64,000 bases of DNA from an uncultured virus (IMG/VR IMGVR_UViG_3300024259_001989). Taxonomy: Duplodnaviria > Heunggongvirae > Uroviricota > Caudoviricetes. Position numbers and translations under genes: made by a program. Location of the stretch: IMG/VR virus record IMGVR_UViG_3300024259_001989; one strand, written 5' to 3'. Positions 9,792 through 18,520 of the stretch are shown piece by piece; within the stretch, counting starts at the first letter, position 1, and each line of letters opens with the position of its first letter. Under the pieces are notes generated by a model that saw only the letters and a list, made by a program, of their open reading frames with translations, did not search any database and was not told where the DNA came from.

Positions 9792-10217
9792 ATGCCGACA
9801 TTTGATGATATTAAACTTTTTCCGTGGCATCAAGAAATATTAGACTTGATGACTAATACAAATGTTCCGATAGAGCCATTAACTGTCCAGCAGTTGCAAG
9901 AAGCTCAGGCTTCTTTGGAGCAGCCTATTCAAGAGAGCAGTAGTAACATAATCACTCATAATGGAATAAGTATGGAGTATCATGATGGTCTAGTTGAGCA
10001 GATGGCAGAGGTTCAAGCCCTGCCTGAGCTTGTGCCATTCTCTTCTCAGGATATTGCATCTGCTGGATTTGTATATGCTCCGTATATACCTCTTATGCAA
10101 ACTCCTACTTTACATACCTCTGACCTTACAGTACTAGGTGAAGAAATATTCGTTGTTAAAAAATATAATGATATATATTCAGACGCAAGAGAAAGATTCG
10201 AGATTTTAGACTTATGA
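9792..10217 (+). CDS. hypothetical protein, RFEILDL tag, with capsid-like AGFVYAPYIPL motif
   Basis: C-terminal motif; internal motif resembles gp23-type major capsid C-terminal segment. Confidence 0.65.
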   Translation: MPTFDDIKLFPWHQEILDLMTNTNVPIEPLTVQQLQEAQASLEQPIQESSSNIITHNGISMEYHDGLVEQMAEVQALPELVPFSSQDIASAGFVYAPYIPLMQTPTLHTSDLTVLGEEIFVVKKYNDIYSDARERFEILDL

Positions 10218-10645
10218 AAAAAGAAGATTTAATCTTAGAAGTTCTTAAAGAGATAAAAGAAGTGACAGTCTATAAAGATGACTACAAGAATTCTTTTGAG
10301 TTTGATAGGGACGATGTGTATTGGTACTGGAACGGTTTTGAACCAGACATAAAATATAGGATCGTTGGAAGATTAAAAAAAGATGAAATTTTTAATATGT
10401 CCCTAGGAGATGCATATTTTTATATTAACAAGAAACCTTGTTGTTGCACAATTACACAAATAAATCATCCTAAAGTTGGAGAGAGAGATAATTATGAGAT
10501 GTTAATAATTATTGATATCAGTAGGTTAAACTATGATAGTTTTGATGTTATTAATGATTTTCATAAATTTTTTAAGAAATATGAAGGTCCAATTTTTGAT
10601 GGGATAGAGATGGTAGAAGATAGATTTGATATTTTAGACTTATAA
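10214..10645 (+). CDS. hypothetical protein, RFDILDL tag
   Basis: C-terminal motif. Confidence 0.7.
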   Translation: MKKEDLILEVLKEIKEVTVYKDDYKNSFEFDRDDVYWYWNGFEPDIKYRIVGRLKKDEIFNMSLGDAYFYINKKPCCCTITQINHPKVGERDNYEMLIIIDISRLNYDSFDVINDFHKFFKKYEGPIFDGIEMVEDRFDILDL

Positions 10646-10730
10646 GGAAAGTTATGGCAAAGAAAAAAATGAAGTTATTTTAACTGAGGAAGAATTTAAG
10701 GTTCTTCAAAAAGTTGCTAAATCTAAAACT

Positions 10731-11171
10731 GTGATTAAGATTGGCGATAATGTACCGACAGATGAAGACAGGGTAGAAGAATATAAAGAAATAAATCAAG
10801 ATCTGAGAAGGAAAGTGGCCATTTCTATCAAAGAGAAAGCTTGTTTGCAAGCTGATATTGATAGGTTAAAACTTATTACCGAAAACGATGATAGCGGAAT
10901 GCTTTCGTTGATGGAGGGAATGGAGAGAACTATAAATAGATTACAGAAAGAAAAATCAGAATATTCTGATATAGGCCCAGAGTTAACTGGTTTAAGAAGT
11001 AAAGTAAGGAGTTTAGAAAGTAGAAAAAAAATTCTTGAAAAACAGCTAGAAGATAGGATAAAGACTAGCGATAGTCAGATAGAGGAATTAACAGTTAAAA
11101 ATCAAGAGTTGCAAACTGAGTTGGATATTAGAATTCAGGAAGATGATAGATTTAAGATTTTAGATTTGTAG
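10731..11171 (+). CDS. coiled-coil protein, RFKILDL tag
   Basis: heptad-rich; true start may be ATG 10654 across an A7 frameshift. Confidence 0.65.
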   Translation: MIKIGDNVPTDEDRVEEYKEINQDLRRKVAISIKEKACLQADIDRLKLITENDDSGMLSLMEGMERTINRLQKEKSEYSDIGPELTGLRSKVRSLESRKKILEKQLEDRIKTSDSQIEELTVKNQELQTELDIRIQEDDRFKILDL

Positions 11172-11206
11172 TTGAAAAGTGAAAGTGATTTAAATATAGT
11201 TGTATT

Positions 11207-12226
11207 ATGGCATACGAAGAAATTAAAAAAGAAATAGTAGAGCATATCAGTAAACGTCATTCCAAGAATGAGAGCCTACCTAAAATGCTTGCAAAAGTGC
11301 AAGAAGAGCTTGAGATTTTAGGTAGTACAGATGGATTAGAATCTAAGAATAATTTAGAAGTTTTTCATAGTACTTGGAAGAATCATAAGGGTAGAATAGG
11401 TCATAAAAATGAAATTAATAGTTGGACAGCATTTCTTTTAGGGATTACAGAGGTTAAGCCTGATGGAGAATTTCTTCCTACTAGGCGTGCATTTGCAAGA
11501 GCTGGTTTTCCTGATATTGATACAGACTTTGATTATGAAAATAGAGACGATGTTTATTCTTACATTATTAATAAGTATGGAAGAGAAAATGTTGGAAATA
11601 TTGGCACACATGGGCTATTAAAATTTAAGTCGTGTGTTACAAGAGTTACAAAAGTTTTGGATCTTGCTAATGCTTATCATAAAGATAAAGAGGTTTATGT
11701 AAGTGAGAACGCAGCGAAAGTATCAGAAATTCTTTCTCCATTTCCCAAAAAAGGTTTAATGAAAGTTACTGATGATGATGGAGAGACTTATCTTATCAAA
11801 ACTTTTGAAGATGCTTATGATCATTGTCCTGACTTTAGACACTATGTAGATAAATATAAGAGTAGTAATTTTAAGAAGTATTTAGAGCAGCTTGAAGGAA
11901 CTTTCGCTAATTTTGGCTGTCTTGCAAAAGATACTCCTATTTTGACTGATGGAGGGTGGAAGAGGATCGATCAACTGTCCACTAAATTTTCTATAGCCTA
12001 CATCAACAAGGACGGAGAAGTATCTTATACTGATAGATATAGGGCATTCAAGACAGGCAGGAAAAAGGTATATAGGCTGAAACTTAAGGATGGTGGATTT
12101 ATAGATGTAACTGATGAGCATCTTATTTTTACAGATCAGGGGTGTATTAGGTTTGAAGAAATTAGAAAAAATAAAGAAAATTATAAGATTTATGGAATAA
12201 AAAAGGATTTTTTCGAAGAATGTTAG
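11207..12226 (+). CDS. dnaE: DnaE fragment 2 (PDIDTDF catalytic motif) fused to N-terminal half of a split intein
   Basis: FPDIDTDF...KYGRENV..IGT; intein N part starts CLAKDTPILT (11918) and contains block B VTDEHLIFT. Confidence 0.9.
   Translation: MAYEEIKKEIVEHISKRHSKNESLPKMLAKVQEELEILGSTDGLESKNNLEVFHSTWKNHKGRIGHKNEINSWTAFLLGITEVKPDGEFLPTRRAFARAGFPDIDTDFDYENRDDVYSYIINKYGRENVGNIGTHGLLKFKSCVTRVTKVLDLANAYHKDKEVYVSENAAKVSEILSPFPKKGLMKVTDDDGETYLIKTFEDAYDHCPDFRHYVDKYKSSNFKKYLEQLEGTFANFGCLAKDTPILTDGGWKRIDQLSTKFSIAYINKDGEVSYTDRYRAFKTGRKKVYRLKLKDGGFIDVTDEHLIFTDQGCIRFEEIRKNKENYKIYGIKKDFFEEC
11918..12223 (+). mobile_element. split intein N-fragment (102 aa)
   Basis: C1 after FANFG; TxxH motif; no C-terminal HN in this ORF. 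Confidence 0.85.
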
Positions 12227-12269
12227 AATTACTATACCAGCAGTGTGATTTCTTACAGGAGGTATAGTA

Positions 12270-13124
12270 ATGAATAAATGTAAAATTTGCGGGAAAGAAT
12301 TTAAGAAAAGAGTTTCTTTGGAGAGGCATGTAACTAGCTCTTATGGCAAGGAAAAGAAAAAGAAGCATTGTCCTATTTTAGTTTATAAGTGGAAGTATGA
12401 GAAAGATAATAGATTTTCTAAAAAGAATTTGATTAAGATGTATGTAAAAGAGAAAAAATCTACACCTATGATAAAAGAAGAATTGCAAGTTAATAAGAAA
12501 ACTCTTTTGGACACCATGCATTATTATGGAATTAAAATGAGGAGTGTTTCTGAAGCGTCAGTCAATCAGATTGAAAGAGATGGATTGTGGAATAAAGGGC
12601 TTACAAAATATGACCATCCTTCTATTATGTCGTATGCAAAACAAAGAGAGGGTATGAATAATCCTTATTATACTGCTCCTAATTTTGAAGAAAGAAAAAA
12701 AAGAAATTTGGAAATATTAAAAAAAGCTTGGAAAAGTTTTAATAATAATAGAAATCCAAAGTCCACAGAAAAAAGAATGGCGAAAATTTTAGATCAAAAT
12801 AATATATACTATATTAGAAATTTTTCTTTGAGTTATTATGAAAATGGAAAGACAAAATGGAGGTTATTTGATTTTCTCGTTGAGGGAAAATTGTTGATAG
12901 AAATGAATGGTAATTATTTTCATGCTAACCCTAAATTTTATAATAAAGATGATGAGATAGTTATACATAAGAGTAGTAGAAAAGCGAAAGGCATTTGGGA
13001 ATATGATGCTAAAAAAATGAAGTTAGGGAAAGATAGTGGATATAAAACAATAGTGCTGTGGGAAGCAGATTTTATAGGAATGAGTGATAAGGAAGCTTTT
13101 TATAAAATAGAAAATTTGATATAG
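12270..13124 (+). CDS. Vsr/DUF559-like (PD-(D/E)xK) homing endonuclease
   Basis: N-terminal C2H2-like finger, WNKGLTK (NUMOD-like), FDFLV...LIEMNGNYFH...VLWE. Confidence 0.8.
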   Translation: MNKCKICGKEFKKRVSLERHVTSSYGKEKKKKHCPILVYKWKYEKDNRFSKKNLIKMYVKEKKSTPMIKEELQVNKKTLLDTMHYYGIKMRSVSEASVNQIERDGLWNKGLTKYDHPSIMSYAKQREGMNNPYYTAPNFEERKKRNLEILKKAWKSFNNNRNPKSTEKRMAKILDQNNIYYIRNFSLSYYENGKTKWRLFDFLVEGKLLIEMNGNYFHANPKFYNKDDEIVIHKSSRKAKGIWEYDAKKMKLGKDSGYKTIVLWEADFIGMSDKEAFYKIENLI

Positions 13125-13133
13125 GATAAAATT

Positions 13134-13457
13134 ATGGAAAGAAAAATAAGCTATCAAGCTGCAGATGGCAAATGGTATGATTTAACAGTTTATGATTTGA
13201 TTGATTCCGCAAATGAAGAAACAGAAAAATTAATAAATAATTTAATAAAAGAAACCGATAAACAGCAACAATGGATTAATGATTTGCAATCTAGGATGTA
13301 TATAAATTGTGTTTATTGTGGTCATAGGTATGGTCCGAAAGATGAAGCACCTTCTTCTATGGCAGATGTTTTGAAGGAGCATATAGAGAATTGTTCTGAT
13401 CACCCTATGTCGAAATTAAAAAAAGAATATGAAGATTTTAAGAGAGATTGTAGGTAA
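13134..13457 (+). CDS. hypothetical zinc-finger/coiled-coil protein
   Basis: CVYCG...HIENCSDHP. Confidence 0.6.
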   Translation: MERKISYQAADGKWYDLTVYDLIDSANEETEKLINNLIKETDKQQQWINDLQSRMYINCVYCGHRYGPKDEAPSSMADVLKEHIENCSDHPMSKLKKEYEDFKRDCR

Positions 13458-13459
13458 AT

Positions 13460-13600
13460 ATGGGCAAGGTGAAATTGTTAGATATAGAGTCTATCGAAGA
13501 ATTGGATTTTGAAGATGTTTATGATATTTCCATAGATAAAGGTCCAAAGTTTTTTAAAGATGAGCATAATTATATAGCTAATAATATAGTTGTCCATAAT
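13460..13600 (+). mobile_element. split intein C-fragment (47 aa)
   Basis: blocks F/G ending HN followed by Ser+1. Confidence 0.85.
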
Positions 13601-14860
13601 TCTCACGCGGCAGGTGTTGTTGTTTCAGATATACCTCTTGATGAAATTGCTCCTTTAAGAAAAGCGAGAAAGGGTATGTTAGCAACTCAATATCCTAATG
13701 AGGACTTGGAAGCTCTAGGTCTTATTAAATTTGATGTTCTTGCTATAGCTACATTGACAGTTATTAAAAAGACTGTGAAAGCAGTAAAAGAATTTTGGGG
13801 AATAGAAATAGATGTAGAAAATCTACCTATGGAAGACGCTCCCACCTTTGAACTATATAGTAAAGGTAACTTGGGTGGAGTATTCCAATGTGAAAATTTT
13901 GGTATGCAGAAAACCATGAGAGATATAAAGGTAGATAGATTTGAAGATGTGATAGCAGGACTAGCACTATATAGGCCTGGGCCTATGGATAGCATTCCTG
14001 AGTATTGTGCAAGAAAGCATGGAGAACATGACGTAAGTTATTTCCATCCTACTATTGAACCATTTGTAAAAAAATACTTAAAGAAGACTTATGGAGTTCT
14101 CTGTTTCCAAGAGCAAGTTATGCAGATCTGTAATAGTCTTGCAGGATTTACCATTACTGATGGTTATATTATGATTAAAGCTATCGGAAAGAAGAAAACT
14201 TATTTGATGGAAAAGTTTGAAACACAATTTATATCAGGTTGTGTTGCAAACGGAGTTCCTAACGATGTAGCAAAACAGTATTGGGACAAGTTTATCACAC
14301 CATTCTCTTCATATGGCTTCAATTTAGCTCATAGTGCTTGTTATGGTTATAACTCTTACTCTACAGCTTATTTGAAAGCTAACTATCCTGATGAGTTTAT
14401 ATGCTCGTTGCTGGATGTTACGATAACTAGCACCAGTGGAGAAAGACATGACAAAGTAGCTGCTTTTGAAAGAGAGTTTAAAAGGAAGATGGGAATCAAG
14501 TTTCTTCCAAGAGATATAAATAAATGTAAAGTTAATTATACGATTGAGAAAAGAAAAGATCTTAAAGAGGGAGTTAAAAAGACAGAGATACGTCCAAGTC
14601 TTTTATGCAAAGGGCTTCTGACTAAATCTGCTAGGAATATTGAAGAAAATGCTCCTTATGATGACATAAGGGATTTAATAAGTAAAACAGATTCATCTTT
14701 AGTTGATACAAGAGTTATAGATGCTTTAGCAAGAGGTGGATATCTAGGTAAGAAACATATTGATGATCCGTCTGTTGTTGTGAAGGATTTTGTTATGACT
14801 AGAGAAGATATGAAAAAGACAGCTAAAAAAGGCGTAGAATCTATTGACATGTTCGCTTAA
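13460..14860 (+). CDS. dnaE: DnaE fragment 3 preceded by C-terminal half of the split intein
   Basis: VYDISI...HNYIANNIVVHN|SHAAGVV; GLIKFDVL, GVFQCE, ALYRPGPM, QEQVMQI, YGFNLAHS. Confidence 0.92.
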   Translation: MGKVKLLDIESIEELDFEDVYDISIDKGPKFFKDEHNYIANNIVVHNSHAAGVVVSDIPLDEIAPLRKARKGMLATQYPNEDLEALGLIKFDVLAIATLTVIKKTVKAVKEFWGIEIDVENLPMEDAPTFELYSKGNLGGVFQCENFGMQKTMRDIKVDRFEDVIAGLALYRPGPMDSIPEYCARKHGEHDVSYFHPTIEPFVKKYLKKTYGVLCFQEQVMQICNSLAGFTITDGYIMIKAIGKKKTYLMEKFETQFISGCVANGVPNDVAKQYWDKFITPFSSYGFNLAHSACYGYNSYSTAYLKANYPDEFICSLLDVTITSTSGERHDKVAAFEREFKRKMGIKFLPRDINKCKVNYTIEKRKDLKEGVKKTEIRPSLLCKGLLTKSARNIEENAPYDDIRDLISKTDSSLVDTRVIDALARGGYLGKKHIDDPSVVVKDFVMTREDMKKTAKKGVESIDMFA

Positions 14861-15078
14861 TAATTGAAAAGCGATTGTGTTTATATTAAAAAGGTAGTTG
14901 TTCATGATTATAATAAAATGTCCTGAATGTGATAGCACAGATTTACATGTTTACGACAAAAAAGGATGTATTGAGGACGGTAGGGTGATTGAAGAAACAG
15001 AATGTCTGATTTGTAATCATGTTTTCTCAGTAAAAGCTGAATTATTAAAAGTAGAAATTGAATAAGATAGGAGTAAAA

Positions 15079-15399
15079 ATGGCAAATGAACACAAGACTA
15101 CAATTCGATTGGAAATAGATAAAACTATTCAACCTAAACAGTTTGAACCAATCAAAGTAATTGTTGATGTAGAGGAAAGTTTTACATGGACCGATGAGAA
15201 GGACAGAGCAAAAAAGATGAAGTCTTATACTGATAAGATGGCAGAAGATTTTGTTACAATCTATGATCGAGTTGCTAAGAGAATAGGTGAAGATGGAAGA
15301 TGTATCGGAAGAGTTATTACTGGTGGAGATATTCCTGTTCAAGGCAAGGAAGAAGTTGCTACTTCTGTCGATAATGATGAAGAATGGGACTTTAGTTAA
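15079..15399 (+). CDS. hypothetical protein
   Basis: AGGAG RBS before ATG 15079; acidic tail EEWDFS. Confidence 0.6.
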   Translation: MANEHKTTIRLEIDKTIQPKQFEPIKVIVDVEESFTWTDEKDRAKKMKSYTDKMAEDFVTIYDRVAKRIGEDGRCIGRVITGGDIPVQGKEEVATSVDNDEEWDFS

Positions 15400-15410
15400 T
15401 AGGTGTAAAT

Positions 15411-16592
15411 ATGACAGATGATAATCTAAAAGAATTTGAAGAGATGTTTGATCTTGTGCCATCTAAAGATGAGGATGAAGGTCAGGCAGAAGAGTATGGT
15501 AATAGCAAGGATTCGACTGAGCCTTTTTCAGAGTTAGTAGAAGAGGTTAGTAGTGAGATTAAAGAGACTACCGATACTGGAACGGCATTAGAGAATCCTC
15601 ATGATGTTGTTAAAGAGATCATGGCAAAGAGTGAAAAACATACAGAAATACTTCCTGAAATAATTAAGCCTGAACCAGAGCCTACTCCTGAGCCAGAGAT
15701 TAATACAGAGATAGCTTGTGATGATTTTGATACTCTTCCAGAAATGGATATAATAGAAAAGCCTAAAGAAGAACCTCCTGAAGAACCTAAGGAAGAGGTT
15801 AAGGAAGTTGTGGCTGATATGTCAGAGTTTCATAGCGATATAAAAGAGAAAGAGATTAAGACTATTTCTGCGGCTCCATCTCCTGCTATTGATCATGTTG
15901 GAACTGAAGACTATTCTATGATGGATGGTGATAAGGTTAATTGGTCGATGAAAAGTCCTTCTGAAATGTATGATAATTTTTATAGAAAAAAGAAAGTAGT
16001 TTTAGATAGTTGTATTTTTGGAGGCCAAATCGAATTCTCTTTATGGGCAAGGGAACTTGAAGATGCTCAGGTCGATGTTGTTACAGAAGTATTCGACCAA
16101 AAAATTATTATCAAGCAGATGGAAGATGTGCAACAGTTTAGGAATAGAGTTAAGTATATTGGTGTTAGAGTTAATAATCAGTATTTCTTGTTTGACAGAT
16201 TTGCTCCATTGTTGAGAGGCTACCTAGCAAGAGTTCAATATATTAAGCCAGCTCTTAAACAGGACGGACTAGTTCTTGAACATATGGGGGATATAGAATT
16301 TTATTTTGAGAGATTAAGAAGTTTGCATAAGTCTGTTGCTGATGCTGAAAAGAATCTGGCAGCTGCTTATGAAATGCTTAGTAGAAAAGTTACTATCTGT
16401 ATGGAGCTTCCTCCTGTTGAAAGATATACTAGGCCTGATCGTCAAGATAAAGTTGCAAAATTTCAATATGAAGAAAAGCCTGTAGCTCAAGCACCATCAG
16501 GAGAGTTGAGTGATTTTGATGATCTTCCTATGGGCGCTGAGGCTGGTCCTGAAGAGAAAAAAAGTGGGCCTACTGGTTGGGATAGTCTTTAA
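15411..16592 (+). CDS. hypothetical protein (acidic disordered N-half, helical C-half)
   Basis: 393 aa ORF in replication cluster. Confidence 0.6.
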   Translation: MTDDNLKEFEEMFDLVPSKDEDEGQAEEYGNSKDSTEPFSELVEEVSSEIKETTDTGTALENPHDVVKEIMAKSEKHTEILPEIIKPEPEPTPEPEINTEIACDDFDTLPEMDIIEKPKEEPPEEPKEEVKEVVADMSEFHSDIKEKEIKTISAAPSPAIDHVGTEDYSMMDGDKVNWSMKSPSEMYDNFYRKKKVVLDSCIFGGQIEFSLWARELEDAQVDVVTEVFDQKIIIKQMEDVQQFRNRVKYIGVRVNNQYFLFDRFAPLLRGYLARVQYIKPALKQDGLVLEHMGDIEFYFERLRSLHKSVADAEKNLAAAYEMLSRKVTICMELPPVERYTRPDRQDKVAKFQYEEKPVAQAPSGELSDFDDLPMGAEAGPEEKKSGPTGWDSL

Positions 16593-16682
16593 AAATTTTT
16601 AAAAAAGAATTCACTTATAAAGTGATTGTAAAATGATTATAAATTAGAGAGTAAAGTATTTTTTTTAGATAGGAGTCAAATT

Positions 16683-17411
16683 ATGACAGAGTATGTGCAG
16701 TGGGGATCGGTTCCCGAAGATAACAATGGTGGTGGAGAGATGTCAGAATTTCTTAAGTTGAAGACAGGTAACACTTATAAGATTCGTCCAGTTTTCGATC
16801 CTGTGAAATTCTTTAAATATTTTCACAAACATGAAGGCAAATTGAAAACAGCAATTTGTGACAAGCCTGATGTTTGCCCAGTAAGGGATAGACATCCTGA
16901 GCTTAAGAAGCCTTCAATGCGTTATGCAGCTTATGTCATCGACAGAGCTGATGACAAGATTAAGATTCTTGAAGCTCCTCAATCTGTGTTCCGTCCAATC
17001 GGAAGCACATTTGAGTCAACAGGTAAGAACCCTGGTAGTGGCAAGGATGGAAGTGACTTCCAAATTAAAGTCACTGGTGTAGGTCTAGGCACTAAGTATG
17101 ATGTAGCATGGGCAGGCCAGTCTCCTCTTACAGCGGATGAGAGAGCATCTCTCAAGGAAGCTTTGGATGGAGATAAGGCGAAGCTACAAAAGCTTTATAA
17201 AGTCGATACTCCAGCACAGATCGAAGCAAAGTTGTTCGGAAATCCTGAAGATTCTGGTTCAGATGATTCTGGTTTCGGAGAAGCAGCACCAGTAGCACAG
17301 GCAGCACCAGCACCTGCGGCAGCACCAGTACAAGCCGCAGCACCAGCACCAGCACTTACTCAGGTTACTGAGATTGCTGATGACAATGGTGACTGGGAAA
17401 ACAACTTTTAA
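16683..17411 (+). CDS. single-stranded DNA-binding protein (gp32-like)
   Basis: FLKLK..YKIRP, CPV, VIDR, GSDFQIK..G..TKYDV, Ala/Pro linker, acidic-aromatic tail; next to recA. Confidence 0.7.
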   Translation: MTEYVQWGSVPEDNNGGGEMSEFLKLKTGNTYKIRPVFDPVKFFKYFHKHEGKLKTAICDKPDVCPVRDRHPELKKPSMRYAAYVIDRADDKIKILEAPQSVFRPIGSTFESTGKNPGSGKDGSDFQIKVTGVGLGTKYDVAWAGQSPLTADERASLKEALDGDKAKLQKLYKVDTPAQIEAKLFGNPEDSGSDDSGFGEAAPVAQAAPAPAAAPVQAAAPAPALTQVTEIADDNGDWENNF

Positions 17412-17425
17412 TAGGGATAATAGTT

Positions 17426-18520
17426 ATGGCAAAAAATAAAAAAGATGATGACATCTTTAAAAATCTAAAAGGTTTTTGCCAGCTTGGGGCCAGGGCTGAA
17501 AGCCCTGGCAATATCCCTACTGGTCATTTTCATTTGGATTTTATTATCCAATATGGAGTAGATCCTACAAAAGTTGATTTGAATCAGGTCGAAGGATATG
17601 ACCCTGCTAGAACAGTCGGTATTCCTCTAGGTAAGTTAGTAGAGATATTCGGTGAAGAAGGCGGTGGAAAATCATCCTTAGCATATCGTATCGCAGGATA
17701 TGCTCAAAAATTAGGTCATGAAGTTATGTGGATAGATATTGAGCGTTCTTTTCAAGAGAGTTTAGCTTACATAAATGGTTGTGATATTGATACGCTTTTT
17801 TTGTATGATAAATTTGATTTTGGAGAGGACATAATAGACAATATGTTTGTAGCGATGGAAAGCGGAGTTAAAGTAATCATTTTAGACTCTGTGGCAAACA
17901 TGGTTCCGAAAGCTTTAATGGAAGCTAAAACTGAAAAAGAATTTATGGGATTACTTCCAAGATTGTTAAGTAAGTCTTTAGGCAAATTAGTTTCAAAGGC
18001 AGAAGAACATGGCACACTGCTTGTTTTTATCAATCAGCTAAGAGAAAAAATCGGGAACGCTTGGGGAGATCCAAGAACTAGTCCTGGCGGTCACTCTTTA
18101 CATCATAATGCTTCACTTCGTTTGAGAATAGATAAAAGAAATACTAAAGAAGCTGATATTTATGTGCCTGATCCTGAGACAGGAGATGACATGTTGATAG
18201 GCAGGCATTCTAAGGTCTCTATTGTTAAAAATAGGTTTGCTAAACCTTATAGAGATTCTCTAGATGTTCCTATTTATTACGAAGCATATTTTCCTGAAAT
18301 TTATGAGATTGCATTTGATACTGGAAGACAGATAAAACTTATTTCAGTTAGAAAAGGCATCTATAATTGGGATGGCTTAAAGATCGAAGGTAGGAAGCAG
18401 TTTATTGAGCATATCGTAACAGAGAAGCTCACTGACAAGCTTATAGAAGACATTAAGGCAAAAGCTAATGAAAATGAAATGATTCTACCTCCTGAGATCG
18501 TTCTATATGGGACTGACTAA
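17426..18520 (+). CDS. recA: RecA/UvsX recombinase
   Basis: GIPLGKLVEIFGEEGGGKS, IILDSVA, FINQLREKIG, PGG. Confidence 0.93.
   Translation: MAKNKKDDDIFKNLKGFCQLGARAESPGNIPTGHFHLDFIIQYGVDPTKVDLNQVEGYDPARTVGIPLGKLVEIFGEEGGGKSSLAYRIAGYAQKLGHEVMWIDIERSFQESLAYINGCDIDTLFLYDKFDFGEDIIDNMFVAMESGVKVIILDSVANMVPKALMEAKTEKEFMGLLPRLLSKSLGKLVSKAEEHGTLLVFINQLREKIGNAWGDPRTSPGGHSLHHNASLRLRIDKRNTKEADIYVPDPETGDDMLIGRHSKVSIVKNRFAKPYRDSLDVPIYYEAYFPEIYEIAFDTGRQIKLISVRKGIYNWDGLKIEGRKQFIEHIVTEKLTDKLIEDIKAKANENEMILPPEIVLYGTD

Noticed and set aside
9450..11510. Group I/II intron joining dnaE fragments 1 and 2
   Set aside because: The interval is filled with abutting ORFs and a promoter motif, with no room or visible conserved core for a ribozyme. 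Not formally excluded without RT-PCR.
17283..17356. GCAGCACCA-type short tandem repeats
   Set aside because: They encode the Ala/Pro linker of the SSB; no spacers, so not CRISPR.
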